Positions 39,719-47,902 of a stretch of 64,000 nt of DNA are shown piece by piece. This stretch comes from Alphaproteobacteria bacterium. GTDB lineage: Bacteria > Pseudomonadota > Alphaproteobacteria > CAAHEQ01 > UBA3637. Numbering within the stretch: position 1 is the first letter of the stretch; each line of letters opens with the position of its first letter. Both the position numbers and the translations under genes were made by a program. Below the pieces are notes generated by a model. It saw nothing but the letters and a program-made list of their open reading frames with translations, did no database searches and was not told where the DNA came from. The stretch spans positions 3,878 through 67,877 of the forward strand of contig JAFYHG010000030.1 of NCBI GenBank assembly GCA_017539265.1. Direction: 5' to 3'.

Positions 39719-41179
39719 TTATCTTCCGCCCCGCCGCCGTCTTTGACGGGCAGCAAGCATTTCTTTCTGTTTTTTTTGTTCTGCAATTTCTTGTTTGCGG
39801 GTCCTAACCTGTTGTGGCCAATTTTTTCCATGGGGATCTCCCGCTGTTTTAATAAGTGCCATAGTAGCTTTTCTCACCCGTTCAACCTTTTCCCACAACC
39901 TGGGGTTGCTATTTTTGGGGGATATATTAGATCGTGTCGCCATTTTTTCGCCATAGAATTCTTCGAACGGGAAATGGTCATGCAGGGCTATATCCCGAAG
40001 ACCTTTTGCAACAGATAAAGTCTGTGGATTTTCGGTATGTAATTCATCTAATAATAATGGGACATCTTCTCCTTTTTTTATCCCGAAGCCGTTTTTGGTG
40101 ATACCTTCAAAATTAACACCGTGTGAAATGTAACGTACTAATCGGGTAACGGCACGTTCTACACCATTTTTTTTCTGTGATAGGTCTGGAAAATGGCGGG
40201 CTAAATCTGCTTCTAATTCTTTTTGATTATGAAATTTTGATTCTTCAGGGACGTCATGGTTTAAGACTTCTATGACAGTTTGTGTCATGGTTTTAAAAAT
40301 TTTTTCTCGGTCCAAAGAATTGGACACTTTGGGTTCTATAAAACCATCACCATAAATCGTATAGGAAAAACGTCTGGGATTTGGCATGTTTGCCGTTGGG
40401 GGATAGTGATTATTATGTGCAATATAAACATCCCGTAGTAGGTAGATTTCCCTCAGATTCATTTCTTTTTGAGTGAGGTTTTGTAGATCTGTATCTTTGG
40501 AAAAGATATTATTGCCTAAGACTCTTGTATAATATCTTTTGATACGGTCAACCAAAGGACATAAAGTAAAATCTGTGTATTGGGTCATTGTGTGAATGGC
40601 ATCTTCATACAATGCCGTATAATAACAGTAACGCAGTGCATCTTTTTCTTTTTGTTTCGATATGCCCTGTGGAAAAAAACGGTGAAACAGAATAATAGAC
40701 TTTAATTCAGGTAATATGACATCTAAATTATAAGTGGTAATTGGTATTTTTCCGATATATCGGCATGCGAAGGTAGGATCTAAAAAGATTTTTTTCCCGT
40801 TAATCGGTTTATCGTCCGGAAGATATACTGCAAAATCATTATCGTGGCCTCCAGTAATTGGGGTGAAAAGGGTTGTCCTAAATCCGATATCATACATAAA
40901 TTTTGACCATTTGTCCGGTGCGGGGGATTCAATATGTCCAAATTGTTTGTCCGTTTTATCTGAAGAGGGCTGTGGATTTTGTATAAGCTCAAAATCATCG
41001 AAACGGGGTTCATATTCTAACAGGTCTTTGGATATTGATGTTTCCATAAATACATCATAATCCTTTTCCAATTCACTTTGATATAACCGATACGCGCACA
41101 GATAGTCCCAATAGGTGCGTTTAATCCAATTTTTCCTTTCTTCGGGTGTCTGCTCTCTCTGTTCTGTAGTCTTTGCCAT
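39719..41179 (-). CDS. hypothetical cytoplasmic protein (486 aa) with a poly-Arg C-terminus
   Basis: no recognisable domain; start overlaps the stop of the DUF502 gene. Confidence 0.45.
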   Translation of the reverse strand: MAKTTEQREQTPEERKNWIKRTYWDYLCAYRLYQSELEKDYDVFMETSISKDLLEYEPRFDDFELIQNPQPSSDKTDKQFGHIESPAPDKWSKFMYDIGFRTTLFTPITGGHDNDFAVYLPDDKPINGKKIFLDPTFACRYIGKIPITTYNLDVILPELKSIILFHRFFPQGISKQKEKDALRYCYYTALYEDAIHTMTQYTDFTLCPLVDRIKRYYTRVLGNNIFSKDTDLQNLTQKEMNLREIYLLRDVYIAHNNHYPPTANMPNPRRFSYTIYGDGFIEPKVSNSLDREKIFKTMTQTVIEVLNHDVPEESKFHNQKELEADLARHFPDLSQKKNGVERAVTRLVRYISHGVNFEGITKNGFGIKKGEDVPLLLDELHTENPQTLSVAKGLRDIALHDHFPFEEFYGEKMATRSNISPKNSNPRLWEKVERVRKATMALIKTAGDPHGKNWPQQVRTRKQEIAEQKKQKEMLAARQRRRRGGR

Positions 41180-41841
41180 TATTTCCCCCGTAAAATGCTT
41201 TTGGCTTTGCGCTGAAATGCCTTTTTGCGAGCCGGTTTGTCGTCGGGATTGATGATCCCCATGGACAAAATGATTTTTAATGCCTCATCAACCCCGATTT
41301 TAAGGGGTGTTATATCTTTTTTGGGCACATAAAGCAAAAAGCCTGAAGTCGGGTTTGGTGTGGTCGGTACATAAACGCTGACTAGCGCATCATCCGATTT
41401 TTCTTGAATTTCGCGATAAACAGGGCCGGTTAAAAAAGCAATCGTCTTCATGCCTTTACGGGGATATTCCACCAAAACCGGTTGCCGAAAAGCGGTGTTT
41501 TTCCCGGGGCCTAACAAAGTTTCAAATATTTTTCGAAAAGCATTATAGATACCTGATATAATCGGCATTTTTTCAATTAAATTCTGGCCAAATTTCATGA
41601 GTGAACGCCCAACAATGTTCGCCGTCAGCATCCCGACCATAATCAAAAAGACCAACAATAAAAACACCCCGACCCCCGGCAAACTGTATTCGGGGACGTA
41701 TTTTGCGGGGATAAGGGCCGTTACACGGCTATCGATATAAAGGAATAACTTAATCGCCAGATAAAACGTCATTGCGACCGGTGCCGTTACCAACAGGCCC
41801 GTAAACAGGTAAGTTTTTAAAGTATGTTTTTTCTTTGCCAT
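41179..41841 (-). CDS. DUF502 family membrane protein
   Basis: two N-terminal TM helices plus the conserved ...PIISGIYNAFRK... region. Confidence 0.65.
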   Translation of the reverse strand: MAKKKHTLKTYLFTGLLVTAPVAMTFYLAIKLFLYIDSRVTALIPAKYVPEYSLPGVGVFLLLVFLIMVGMLTANIVGRSLMKFGQNLIEKMPIISGIYNAFRKIFETLLGPGKNTAFRQPVLVEYPRKGMKTIAFLTGPVYREIQEKSDDALVSVYVPTTPNPTSGFLLYVPKKDITPLKIGVDEALKIILSMGIINPDDKPARKKAFQRKAKSILRGK

Positions 41842-41973
41842 AATTTTTTCTCCTTATTTTTTATCATAACCCACTTTTCCCCGCTTGTCCAGAGAAAATC
41901 ATTATAAAAAATAAAACTTGCGTTTAATCGGATTTTGTGGTAGAATTGTAAAAGAACATAGGAGGTTCCTTAA

Positions 41974-43026
41974 ATGGCAATTACACGCAGAGGTTTTTTG
42001 GGATTATTGGTCAGCGCCGGTGTTATGGCGGCTGAGGCTCGTCCTGCACCCGCCCCAAAAACGGCTGCGTCGCCCGCCCCGCAACAAAAACCGTTGTCGA
42101 GTGGGAGTTTGCTGATTGATTCTTACCTGCCGATTTTGAAGGTAAATGAAGGGAAAAGCCTCCACTTTTACCACAAAAAAGGTGATAAGGTGACGGTTGG
42201 TTACGGCACAAATGTGGAAAGTAATCCCGGTTATTTGTCGGGCGTTCCTATTTTTTGTAACGGGAAAGTATTGACCCCCGTTGAAAGAAGGACCTTTTTA
42301 GCCACAATGGCCGCTAAAACGAAAGATGATCTGGCCAAGTATTCAATTAGGGCTTCTGATGCGCAGAAAATGGCAATTATGGGAATGCGAGATGCTATTT
42401 TATCGCTTGTTTCAACATTTGCGACACCTAGGGATAAGAATTTCTTTCATAATTTACCGCTTTGTATGCAGGCACTGTGTGTAGATGTTTTTTATAATGT
42501 CGGTCGGGGTAATTTTGAAAAGTTTCCGAAATTTCAATCTGCGATTCGTCGTAAGGACTTTGATGAGGCTGTTAAAGAATCGGTTGTCTATGTGGATAAG
42601 GAGACAAGACAGACGAATAAAAAACGCGAATGGATGAAAAAGCGTTTGTTGGCCGTTATGCGTGTTGTTCAGGCAAATCCTGCGGTAAAAACCGATGCTT
42701 TGACTCAAATAATTGAACAAGATTATATCAGGAATACCCCCTTAACAACACGGGTATTGGGCCGTTCTAATCTGGAGGGGGAATTATCCATGGCCCGCGG
42801 CGAATGGGCCCATCTGCATCGAAGTACCGCTGAAAAAACGATTGCTCCCGCTCAAAAACCAAAAGTACCTTCTTTAAAAGATAAAGCCGTTTTTCACCCC
42901 GGCACTGCCTCGGTTAGGAAACCTGTCGCTAAAACGCAATCGCCGGCGCGTCCCAGACCACGGGGTTTCTTAAAAGATAAGGCCGTTTCACGCTATGGTG
43001 TTGTTCGTGGCGGTTCGGAAAAATAA
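41974..43026 (+). CDS. Tat-signal GH24 (phage-type) lysozyme-like protein with a C-terminal basic extension
   Basis: twin-arginine motif ITRRGFLGLL; NEGKSLHFYHKKGDKVTVGYG and ...FYNVGRGNF... match the T4-lysozyme family E-G...Y.D..G..TIGYGH / FN motifs. Confidence 0.55.
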   Translation: MAITRRGFLGLLVSAGVMAAEARPAPAPKTAASPAPQQKPLSSGSLLIDSYLPILKVNEGKSLHFYHKKGDKVTVGYGTNVESNPGYLSGVPIFCNGKVLTPVERRTFLATMAAKTKDDLAKYSIRASDAQKMAIMGMRDAILSLVSTFATPRDKNFFHNLPLCMQALCVDVFYNVGRGNFEKFPKFQSAIRRKDFDEAVKESVVYVDKETRQTNKKREWMKKRLLAVMRVVQANPAVKTDALTQIIEQDYIRNTPLTTRVLGRSNLEGELSMARGEWAHLHRSTAEKTIAPAQKPKVPSLKDKAVFHPGTASVRKPVAKTQSPARPRPRGFLKDKAVSRYGVVRGGSEK

Positions 43027-43068
43027 CAATTTTATTCTAAAAAAGTGGATGGGGAACTCTTTTTTCTC

Positions 43069-43097
43069 TTGACAAGCGCACAAAAATCGTGTATAAC
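43069..43097 (+). promoter_or_regulatory. promoter TTGACA-17-TATAAC for rplU-rpmA
   Basis: read directly. Confidence 0.55.
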
Positions 43098-43134
43098 AGA
43101 GCCCTATTTTATATTAGTCAAAGGATAAAATCAC

Positions 43135-43434
43135 ATGTTTGCAGTAATTAAAACAGGCGGAAAACAATACAAAGTTCAAAAGGATTCCGTTATTATTATC
43201 GAAAAGTTAAACGGTAAAGCCGGGGATAAAGTCTCTTTTGACGAAGTCTTGATGGCTGACGGTAAAGTGGGAACACCGATGGTAAAAGGTGCTTCCGTAT
43301 CGGGCGAAATCATGAAACAAACACGCGGTGAAAAGATCATCGTGTTCAAAAAAATTCGTCGTCATGGGTATCGCCGGAAACAAGGTCATAAACAAGCATT
43401 AACCGTTGTCAAAATCACGGATATTAAGGCTTAA
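43135..43434 (+). CDS. rplU: 50S ribosomal protein L21
   Basis: [14 protein letters not shown]... Confidence 0.95.
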   Translation: MFAVIKTGGKQYKVQKDSVIIIEKLNGKAGDKVSFDEVLMADGKVGTPMVKGASVSGEIMKQTRGEKIIVFKKIRRHGYRRKQGHKQALTVVKITDIKA

Positions 43435-43453
43435 TAGGTAAAGGAGAAATAAA

Positions 43454-43711
43454 ATGGCACATAAAAAAGCAGGCGGTAGTACACGGAACGGTCGTGATTC
43501 CGAAGGTCGGCGGTTGGGATTAAAGAAATCCGGCGGTCAATCTGTGATTGCGGGTAACATTATTGTTCGTCAACGCGGGACAGTATATCATGCCGGTGAA
43601 AATGTCGGTATGGGGACAGACCACACATTGTTTGCCACGGCAGACGGCGTTGTGGAATACAAACGCAAAAAAGACGATAAAGTTTTTGTGTCCGTTAAAG
43701 CGGCCGAATAA
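43454..43711 (+). CDS. rpmA: 50S ribosomal protein L27
   Basis: [22 protein letters not shown]... Confidence 0.95.
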   Translation: MAHKKAGGSTRNGRDSEGRRLGLKKSGGQSVIAGNIIVRQRGTVYHAGENVGMGTDHTLFATADGVVEYKRKKDDKVFVSVKAAE

Positions 43712-43730
43712 TTTTAAGGTTCTATTCAAA

Positions 43731-43757
43731 ATCCCCCTTGTTCAAAGGGGGATTTTT
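43731..43757 (+). terminator. intrinsic terminator after rpmA (ATCCCCCTT-gttc-AAGGGGGAT plus T5)
   Basis: read directly. Confidence 0.65.
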
Positions 43758-44030
43758 CATATTTATTATGCGAAACAGATACGGATTTTAATGTTTTTTT
43801 ACGAACAATCACGATTCGCAAAAATGGCCCTGAAACGCGATTTTTAGGTGCTTAGCGATAGTATAACTACCCTTTAATCCCCGAAAATATGCAAAAAAAC
43901 GTAAAAAAATGCATTTTTATGTAAAAAAGTGTATTTTTAGTGTTGACATTTCGAAAAAAATCGTTAAGGATAGTGTGCGAAGGGTATTGGATCCTTCGTA
44001 ACTTTAATATTAAAGAAAGGAAAATTTATA

Positions 44031-44303
44031 ATGAATAAAACTGAATACATTGATGCCGTTGCTAAATTTGCAGGTGTTCCTAAAACTGTTGCTTCCAAAG
44101 TGATCTGCGCTTCTACAGAAGTGATCACAAAAGCTTTGAAAAAGAATGACTCTGTTCAATTGACTGGTTTCGGCACATGGTCCGTTTCAAAACGCCCGGC
44201 CCGTACAGGTCGTAACCCGGCTACAGGCAAAGCAATCAAAATCGCTGCTTGCAAATCTCCGAAATTTAAAGCCGGTAAAGTGTTGAAAGATTCTTTGAAA
44301 TAA
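44031..44303 (+). CDS. hupB: DNA-binding protein HU
   Basis: ...GFGTWSVSKRPARTGRNPATG... HU arm motif. Confidence 0.9.
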   Translation: MNKTEYIDAVAKFAGVPKTVASKVICASTEVITKALKKNDSVQLTGFGTWSVSKRPARTGRNPATGKAIKIAACKSPKFKAGKVLKDSLK

Positions 44304-44323
44304 TTTTTCTTCGCAAAAAAAAC

Positions 44324-44356
44324 ACCCCGTCATTTGACAGGGTGTTTTTCTTTTAA
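44324..44356. terminator. bidirectional terminator between hupB and the convergent minus-strand gene
   Basis: ACACCCCGTCA-tttg-ACAGGGTGT hairpin plus a T-run. Confidence 0.6.
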
Positions 44357-44490
44357 CGACTGAATTTTGCTTCTTTTGCTTGTTGGGCGGTCAGTTGCTC
44401 TTCACGCTCGATTTTTTCGGCAACTTTACGGGTTACCTCATCATGAATACTGTAGGTTACCTCATTGGGTTGACGAATACCGACGCTCTT

Positions 44491-45312
44491 TCAGTTAATT
44501 GTTTCCCGCGGGAACATGCCTTTTGTTTCCTCTTCGGATAAGAGAACTGTTTTTTCCGGAAAGAGTCTATCCAACCAACCATGCGTTGCTTCCCATTCTT
44601 CGTCTCTTTCTTTGTATAACTGGATACGCAAATTCCGCCTGCCTTCTTCATTTCGGTTATTGAGTGCTTCCGCATCCTGATCTTGGGCGACAAAAATCGA
44701 TTGATCTCGTGCCGATAAAGAACTAAACCGAGTACCTTCTACCACCGATGCTTCCACATCAAATCCGCAGGCTTTCAATTGATCCGCATAGGATAGGCTG
44801 GGATCAATGGTTGCCAAAGGTCGGCCCAAGGTAATCATTTCTGCCGCGACTTTGGCCTGAAGCGGACTTAATTTCCCATTTCTTTGGTCCAAAGTAATTT
44901 TGGTCCAATAGGAGCCTTCTGCCGCCGGATAACCCTCCAACTTTAAATCGGGTGCAGCCCCCGGGGCATAGTCCCCCAAGGTTGCTTCTGGATTTTTCTT
45001 TAAGAGTGCAGTCCGCTTCCGGTCCCGTTTTAGAAAGTCTTTTTGTTCCCATTCTTCCCGCATTTCGAATCGTTCCATAAAGCTTTTTCCGGCAAAGGCT
45101 TTATATTCCTTTGGAAGACTTTCATAGGCTGCTTTATCCCTTAAAGAAGCTCTATCTGTCCCCCATGTCCAACCGGCTTTAACGGATTGTTCAATTCGAT
45201 CCGGTGCTTTTGTTTCGGTATTTGTGTCTTTGGCCTGTGCCTCCGGCATCATTAATGAAGCCCCAAGGGCCGCCATCATAGCAACTTTTTTTAATCGATC
45301 TGAAAAAGACAT
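44491..45312 (-). CDS. secreted hypothetical protein (273 aa), with a coding-like in-frame extension after its TGA stop
   Basis: signal peptide MMAALGASLMMPEAQA; after the TGA (44493-44491), 45 more sense codons (KSVGIRQPNEVTYSIHDEVTRKVAEKIEREEQLTAQQAKEAKFSR) run in the same frame to a TAA at 44355-44353, right at the terminator. Confidence 0.5.
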   Translation of the reverse strand: MSFSDRLKKVAMMAALGASLMMPEAQAKDTNTETKAPDRIEQSVKAGWTWGTDRASLRDKAAYESLPKEYKAFAGKSFMERFEMREEWEQKDFLKRDRKRTALLKKNPEATLGDYAPGAAPDLKLEGYPAAEGSYWTKITLDQRNGKLSPLQAKVAAEMITLGRPLATIDPSLSYADQLKACGFDVEASVVEGTRFSSLSARDQSIFVAQDQDAEALNNRNEEGRRNLRIQLYKERDEEWEATHGWLDRLFPEKTVLLSEEETKGMFPRETIN

Positions 45313-45401
45313 GGTTTTTACCTCCTGATTATTTTTATTATAGCATAGTTTTGAAATTTGTCAAATTTGGGTAAAAAGTTTAGTAAAAGGCGATAAAAAA
45401 C

Positions 45402-45430
45402 TTGACAGGGGTTTAAAAATAGGATATAAA
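45402..45430 (+). promoter_or_regulatory. promoter TTGACA-17-TATAAA for tRNA-Ser
   Basis: read directly; the tRNA 5' end lies about 13 nt downstream. Confidence 0.5.
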
Positions 45431-45443
45431 CTTTGTGAACCAT

Positions 45444-45532
45444 GGGGCGTTGGCAGAGTGGTAATGCAGCGGATTGCTAATCCGTCATCCTCTTAAAGGG
45501 ATGCAGAGGTTCGAGTCCTCTACGCCCCGCCA
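45444..45532 (+). tRNA. tRNA-Ser (anticodon GCU), includes the encoded CCA
   Basis: acceptor GGGGCGT/ACGCCCC, D-loop AGTGGTAA, anticodon loop TTGCTAA, long variable arm, T-arm AGAGG-TTCGAGT-CCTCT, discriminator G, CCA. Confidence 0.85.
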
Positions 45533-45765
45533 AATTGGACGAATCGCTTAAAATAGCGACTTTTTCTTTTATTTTCAATATGTTAATCTAGTTCGATTGT
45601 TGTGAATGGAAAACAGGCATACTTTGTCCAACAATCGAACCGATGACGCAATAATTACTTGATTTTATTTCATTTTATATTTTTTACGCTGTTTAGAGGG
45701 ATATCTATACTCGAACTTTTTTAAGTAAAAAGTATTATTCTTATTGCATAAAACAGAGTAATTTT
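45533..45765 (+). repeat. copy A of an about 230-bp segment (tRNA-downstream region with a 12-bp-stem hairpin GTTCGATTGTTG...CAACAATCGAAC); copy B lies at 47629-47830
   Basis: about 85% identity between the two copies by eye. Confidence 0.7.
45544..45575 (+). terminator. terminator hairpin TCGCT-taaaat-AGCGA plus a T-rich tail after the tRNA
   Basis: read directly; a related ...GCGACTTTTTCTTTTATT tail recurs at 47640-47675 and 48941-48974. Confidence 0.5.
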
Positions 45766-45802
45766 GTATGATATTTTCTGTAGTTTATAGAAAGGAGATA
45801 AC

Positions 45803-46120
45803 ATGAAGAAATTATTCATTGCCTCTGTGGCATTACTTTTGGCCGGATGCACAACTGCTCCGTTCAAACCATCAATGGGTACTATCTATTCGGATACAAA
45901 GGCCCCATTACAATTAGAATATAACAAAACTGATCTTGGACATAAAGTCGGCATGGGTGTATCACACAGTATTTTGGGATTGGTCGCTTGGGGTGATACC
46001 AGTATTCAGGCCGGTGCAAAAAATGGTAACATTAAAACTGTCAAGCACACTGATTACGAATTTTTTAATGTATTATTCGGAGCATACACAGAAACGACAG
46101 TATTTGTATATGGAGACTAA
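45803..46120 (+). CDS. small lipoprotein (paralog 1)
   Basis: lipobox LLAGC; shares the P-S/F-M/x-G-x-IY-(S/T)-x-x-KAPL and D-Y-x-x-(F/W)-(F/S)-x-L motifs with the next gene. Confidence 0.5.
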   Translation: MKKLFIASVALLLAGCTTAPFKPSMGTIYSDTKAPLQLEYNKTDLGHKVGMGVSHSILGLVAWGDTSIQAGAKNGNIKTVKHTDYEFFNVLFGAYTETTVFVYGD

Positions 46121-46126
46121 TAGTAC

Positions 46127-46504
46127 ATGAGAAGGCTATTCGCAATTTTACTTGTGATGCTATTCTTACAGGGTTGTGCATCGGGTGCAAAGCCGAGTGC
46201 CCCATTTATGCCCTCAACAGGCATAATATATACGCATATTAAGGCCCCTTTATCATTGAATGTAGAAAAAACAGAAGTATCTGAAAAAAGAGGAAGATCT
46301 TCTGATTTTCTTGTGGCTTACAGTGCTTATGGAGTTGGTTTTGGTCGAGCCGGATTGGAAGACACACTTCAAGAGCTTCGTAGGAAAAATAAAGTTTTGG
46401 AAACAGTAGATTATGCCGATTACGAATGGTTCAGTATATTGGGTATTTTTAATCGTTTAACGGTTAATGCGTATGGAACGGGACTTCCAAAGAAAAGTAA
46501 GTAA
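46127..46504 (+). CDS. small lipoprotein (paralog 2)
   Basis: lipobox FLQGC; paralogous to 45803-46120. Confidence 0.5.
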   Translation: MRRLFAILLVMLFLQGCASGAKPSAPFMPSTGIIYTHIKAPLSLNVEKTEVSEKRGRSSDFLVAYSAYGVGFGRAGLEDTLQELRRKNKVLETVDYADYEWFSILGIFNRLTVNAYGTGLPKKSK

Positions 46505-46640
46505 CAGCATTTATACAAAGAATAAAAGCAGAGGTGTATAAGGATAGAACTCTTAAGGATAAGTAAAGAATGCGCCATTTTTTGTGTCTAAAAAGTAATA
46601 GGTGAGATACAATGATGTCAAACGGGTCCCGATTTTTTAC

Positions 46641-47324
46641 CTATATTCTATCATGTATATTCTGGTTTTTAAGGGGTATCTGCCTCTCTTGTGCTGATTT
46701 GAGAATATGAGGTAAATCCTCTTTTAATCTTTCTTTGATGTATCTAATCATTGGATATCCGGTTACATGTTGTTCTACATGAGGAAGTGTTTTCCCGTCT
46801 GTTATTTGTTTTTTGTCCAATCCGCAAAAAATAAAAGTGTCTGCCTGTAAAATCTCAGCAAATTGAGCTTCCGTATTGGAATCACCAATCACAAAAATTT
46901 TGTTAGGTTCAAATTGTTTTATCAATGCTTTGGCAACTTCGGGATCTGTTTTGCTTTTTGTTCCCGGTTTACACCCAAATTCAATCAACTTTCCGTCAAA
47001 TACCCATGGTTTAAAATAATCGGCTAATGCCAACAATTCCGGACAAGCTTCTTCTAAATGATTTCCATCAGAAAGCAGGATATTGTTGCCATTACTGTGT
47101 GTAAAACGAATAGTTTCTGCCATCCCCGGAATAAGAAGTGTGTTTTGGTTGTTATGTTGTTTTTTAAATTCAGCAAGAGTTTTTGTAGGATGATATTTCC
47201 GTCCTTCTGCTTTTGCCATATGTCGTTCTTGATACTGTTCAATCAAAAACACTGTCCACCATGGCGCTTCAACTGTACCGTACCAATCATATATAAATAA
47301 AGGTTTTTGTGTTTCTAATTTCAT
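46641..47324 (-). CDS. hypothetical protein, possibly a degenerate HAD-like hydrolase
   Basis: DWYGT near the N-terminus (altered DxDGT) and a VIGDSNTE motif; weak. Confidence 0.3.
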   Translation of the reverse strand: MKLETQKPLFIYDWYGTVEAPWWTVFLIEQYQERHMAKAEGRKYHPTKTLAEFKKQHNNQNTLLIPGMAETIRFTHSNGNNILLSDGNHLEEACPELLALADYFKPWVFDGKLIEFGCKPGTKSKTDPEVAKALIKQFEPNKIFVIGDSNTEAQFAEILQADTFIFCGLDKKQITDGKTLPHVEQHVTGYPMIRYIKERLKEDLPHILKSAQERQIPLKNQNIHDRI

Positions 47325-47411
47325 TATAAAAATCCTTTATATCGAAATGTGGCATAAACTACTTTTTGTCAATACAGACCAAAGTTGATAAAGTCAGTTC
47401 TAATTTTGGTT

Positions 47412-47425
47412 TCTACGCCCCGCCA
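47412..47425 (+). repeat. 14-nt direct repeat of the tRNA-Ser 3' end (TCTACGCCCCGCCA)
   Basis: identical to 45519-45532. Confidence 0.7.
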
Positions 47426-47474
47426 TAAAAAAGATTCGTCGTTAGGCGGATTTTTTTTATGGCGTCGTGCGGAC
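47423..47474 (+). repeat. copy 1 of a dispersed about 50-bp repeat (CCAT-R-AAAAAGATTCGTCGTTAGGCGGATTTTTT..ATGGCGTCGTGCGGAC); a tRNA 3'-end-like fragment lies on the opposite strand at 47460-47492
   Basis: also at 50326-50376 and, diverged, 51217-51250. Confidence 0.65.
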
Positions 47475-47609
47475 TCGAACCGAGAGGGTGCGCAAATAAA
47501 AAGTTGCCGGTGGCAAGTTTTTATGCGTAAACCAATGAAACACGCCAAGCCAAATGGGAATGCAGGTGAGCCGATGTTGGAATTGAGCAAGAGCCTTTGT
47601 AAAAAGCAC

Positions 47610-47628
47610 AGTCCTCTACGCCCCGCCA
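47610..47628 (+). repeat. 19-nt direct repeat of the tRNA-Ser 3' end (AGTCCTCTACGCCCCGCCA), att-like
   Basis: identical to 45514-45532 and followed by a copy of the tRNA-downstream segment. Confidence 0.75.
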
Positions 47629-47830
47629 AATTGGACAAGTCGCTTAAAAATAGCGACTTTTTCTTTTATTTTCAATACTTTAAGTCAGTTCGATTGTTAT
47701 GCAGGAAAAATAAGCATACTTTGTCCAACAATCGAACTGTAAATTCTGTAAACACTTGATTTTATTATATTTAATATTTTCTACACTGTTTAGAGAGGCT
47801 TATCTACATTCGAGCTTTTTGGTAAAAGTC
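47629..47830 (+). repeat. copy B of the tRNA-downstream segment (terminator-like hairpin plus the 12-bp-stem hairpin AGTTCGATTGTT...AACAATCGAACT)
   Basis: aligned by eye to 45533-45765. Confidence 0.7.
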
Positions 47831-47902
47831 ATATTACTATATTGCATTTCAAATTTAGTTAAACTATAATTGATGTAGTTTAATGTTGGGGAGAATTTTA
47901 TT

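Noticed and set aside
43548-43847. 99-aa plus-strand ORF overlapping rpmA and its terminator
   Set aside because: It is out of frame with the conserved L27 gene and runs through the intrinsic terminator; spurious.
47460-47492. Possible second tRNA gene on the minus strand (GGTTCGAGTCCGCACGACGCCA)
   Set aside because: Only the T-loop and acceptor 3' end are recognisable. No complementary 5' acceptor, D-arm or anticodon arm can be folded, so it is a fragment or att remnant rather than a gene.
47385-47759. 124-aa ORF across the 47.4-47.8 kb spacer
   Set aside because: It spans the tRNA-fragment and dispersed repeats and the terminator-like hairpins, has no RBS and a low-complexity translation; most likely non-coding repeat DNA.
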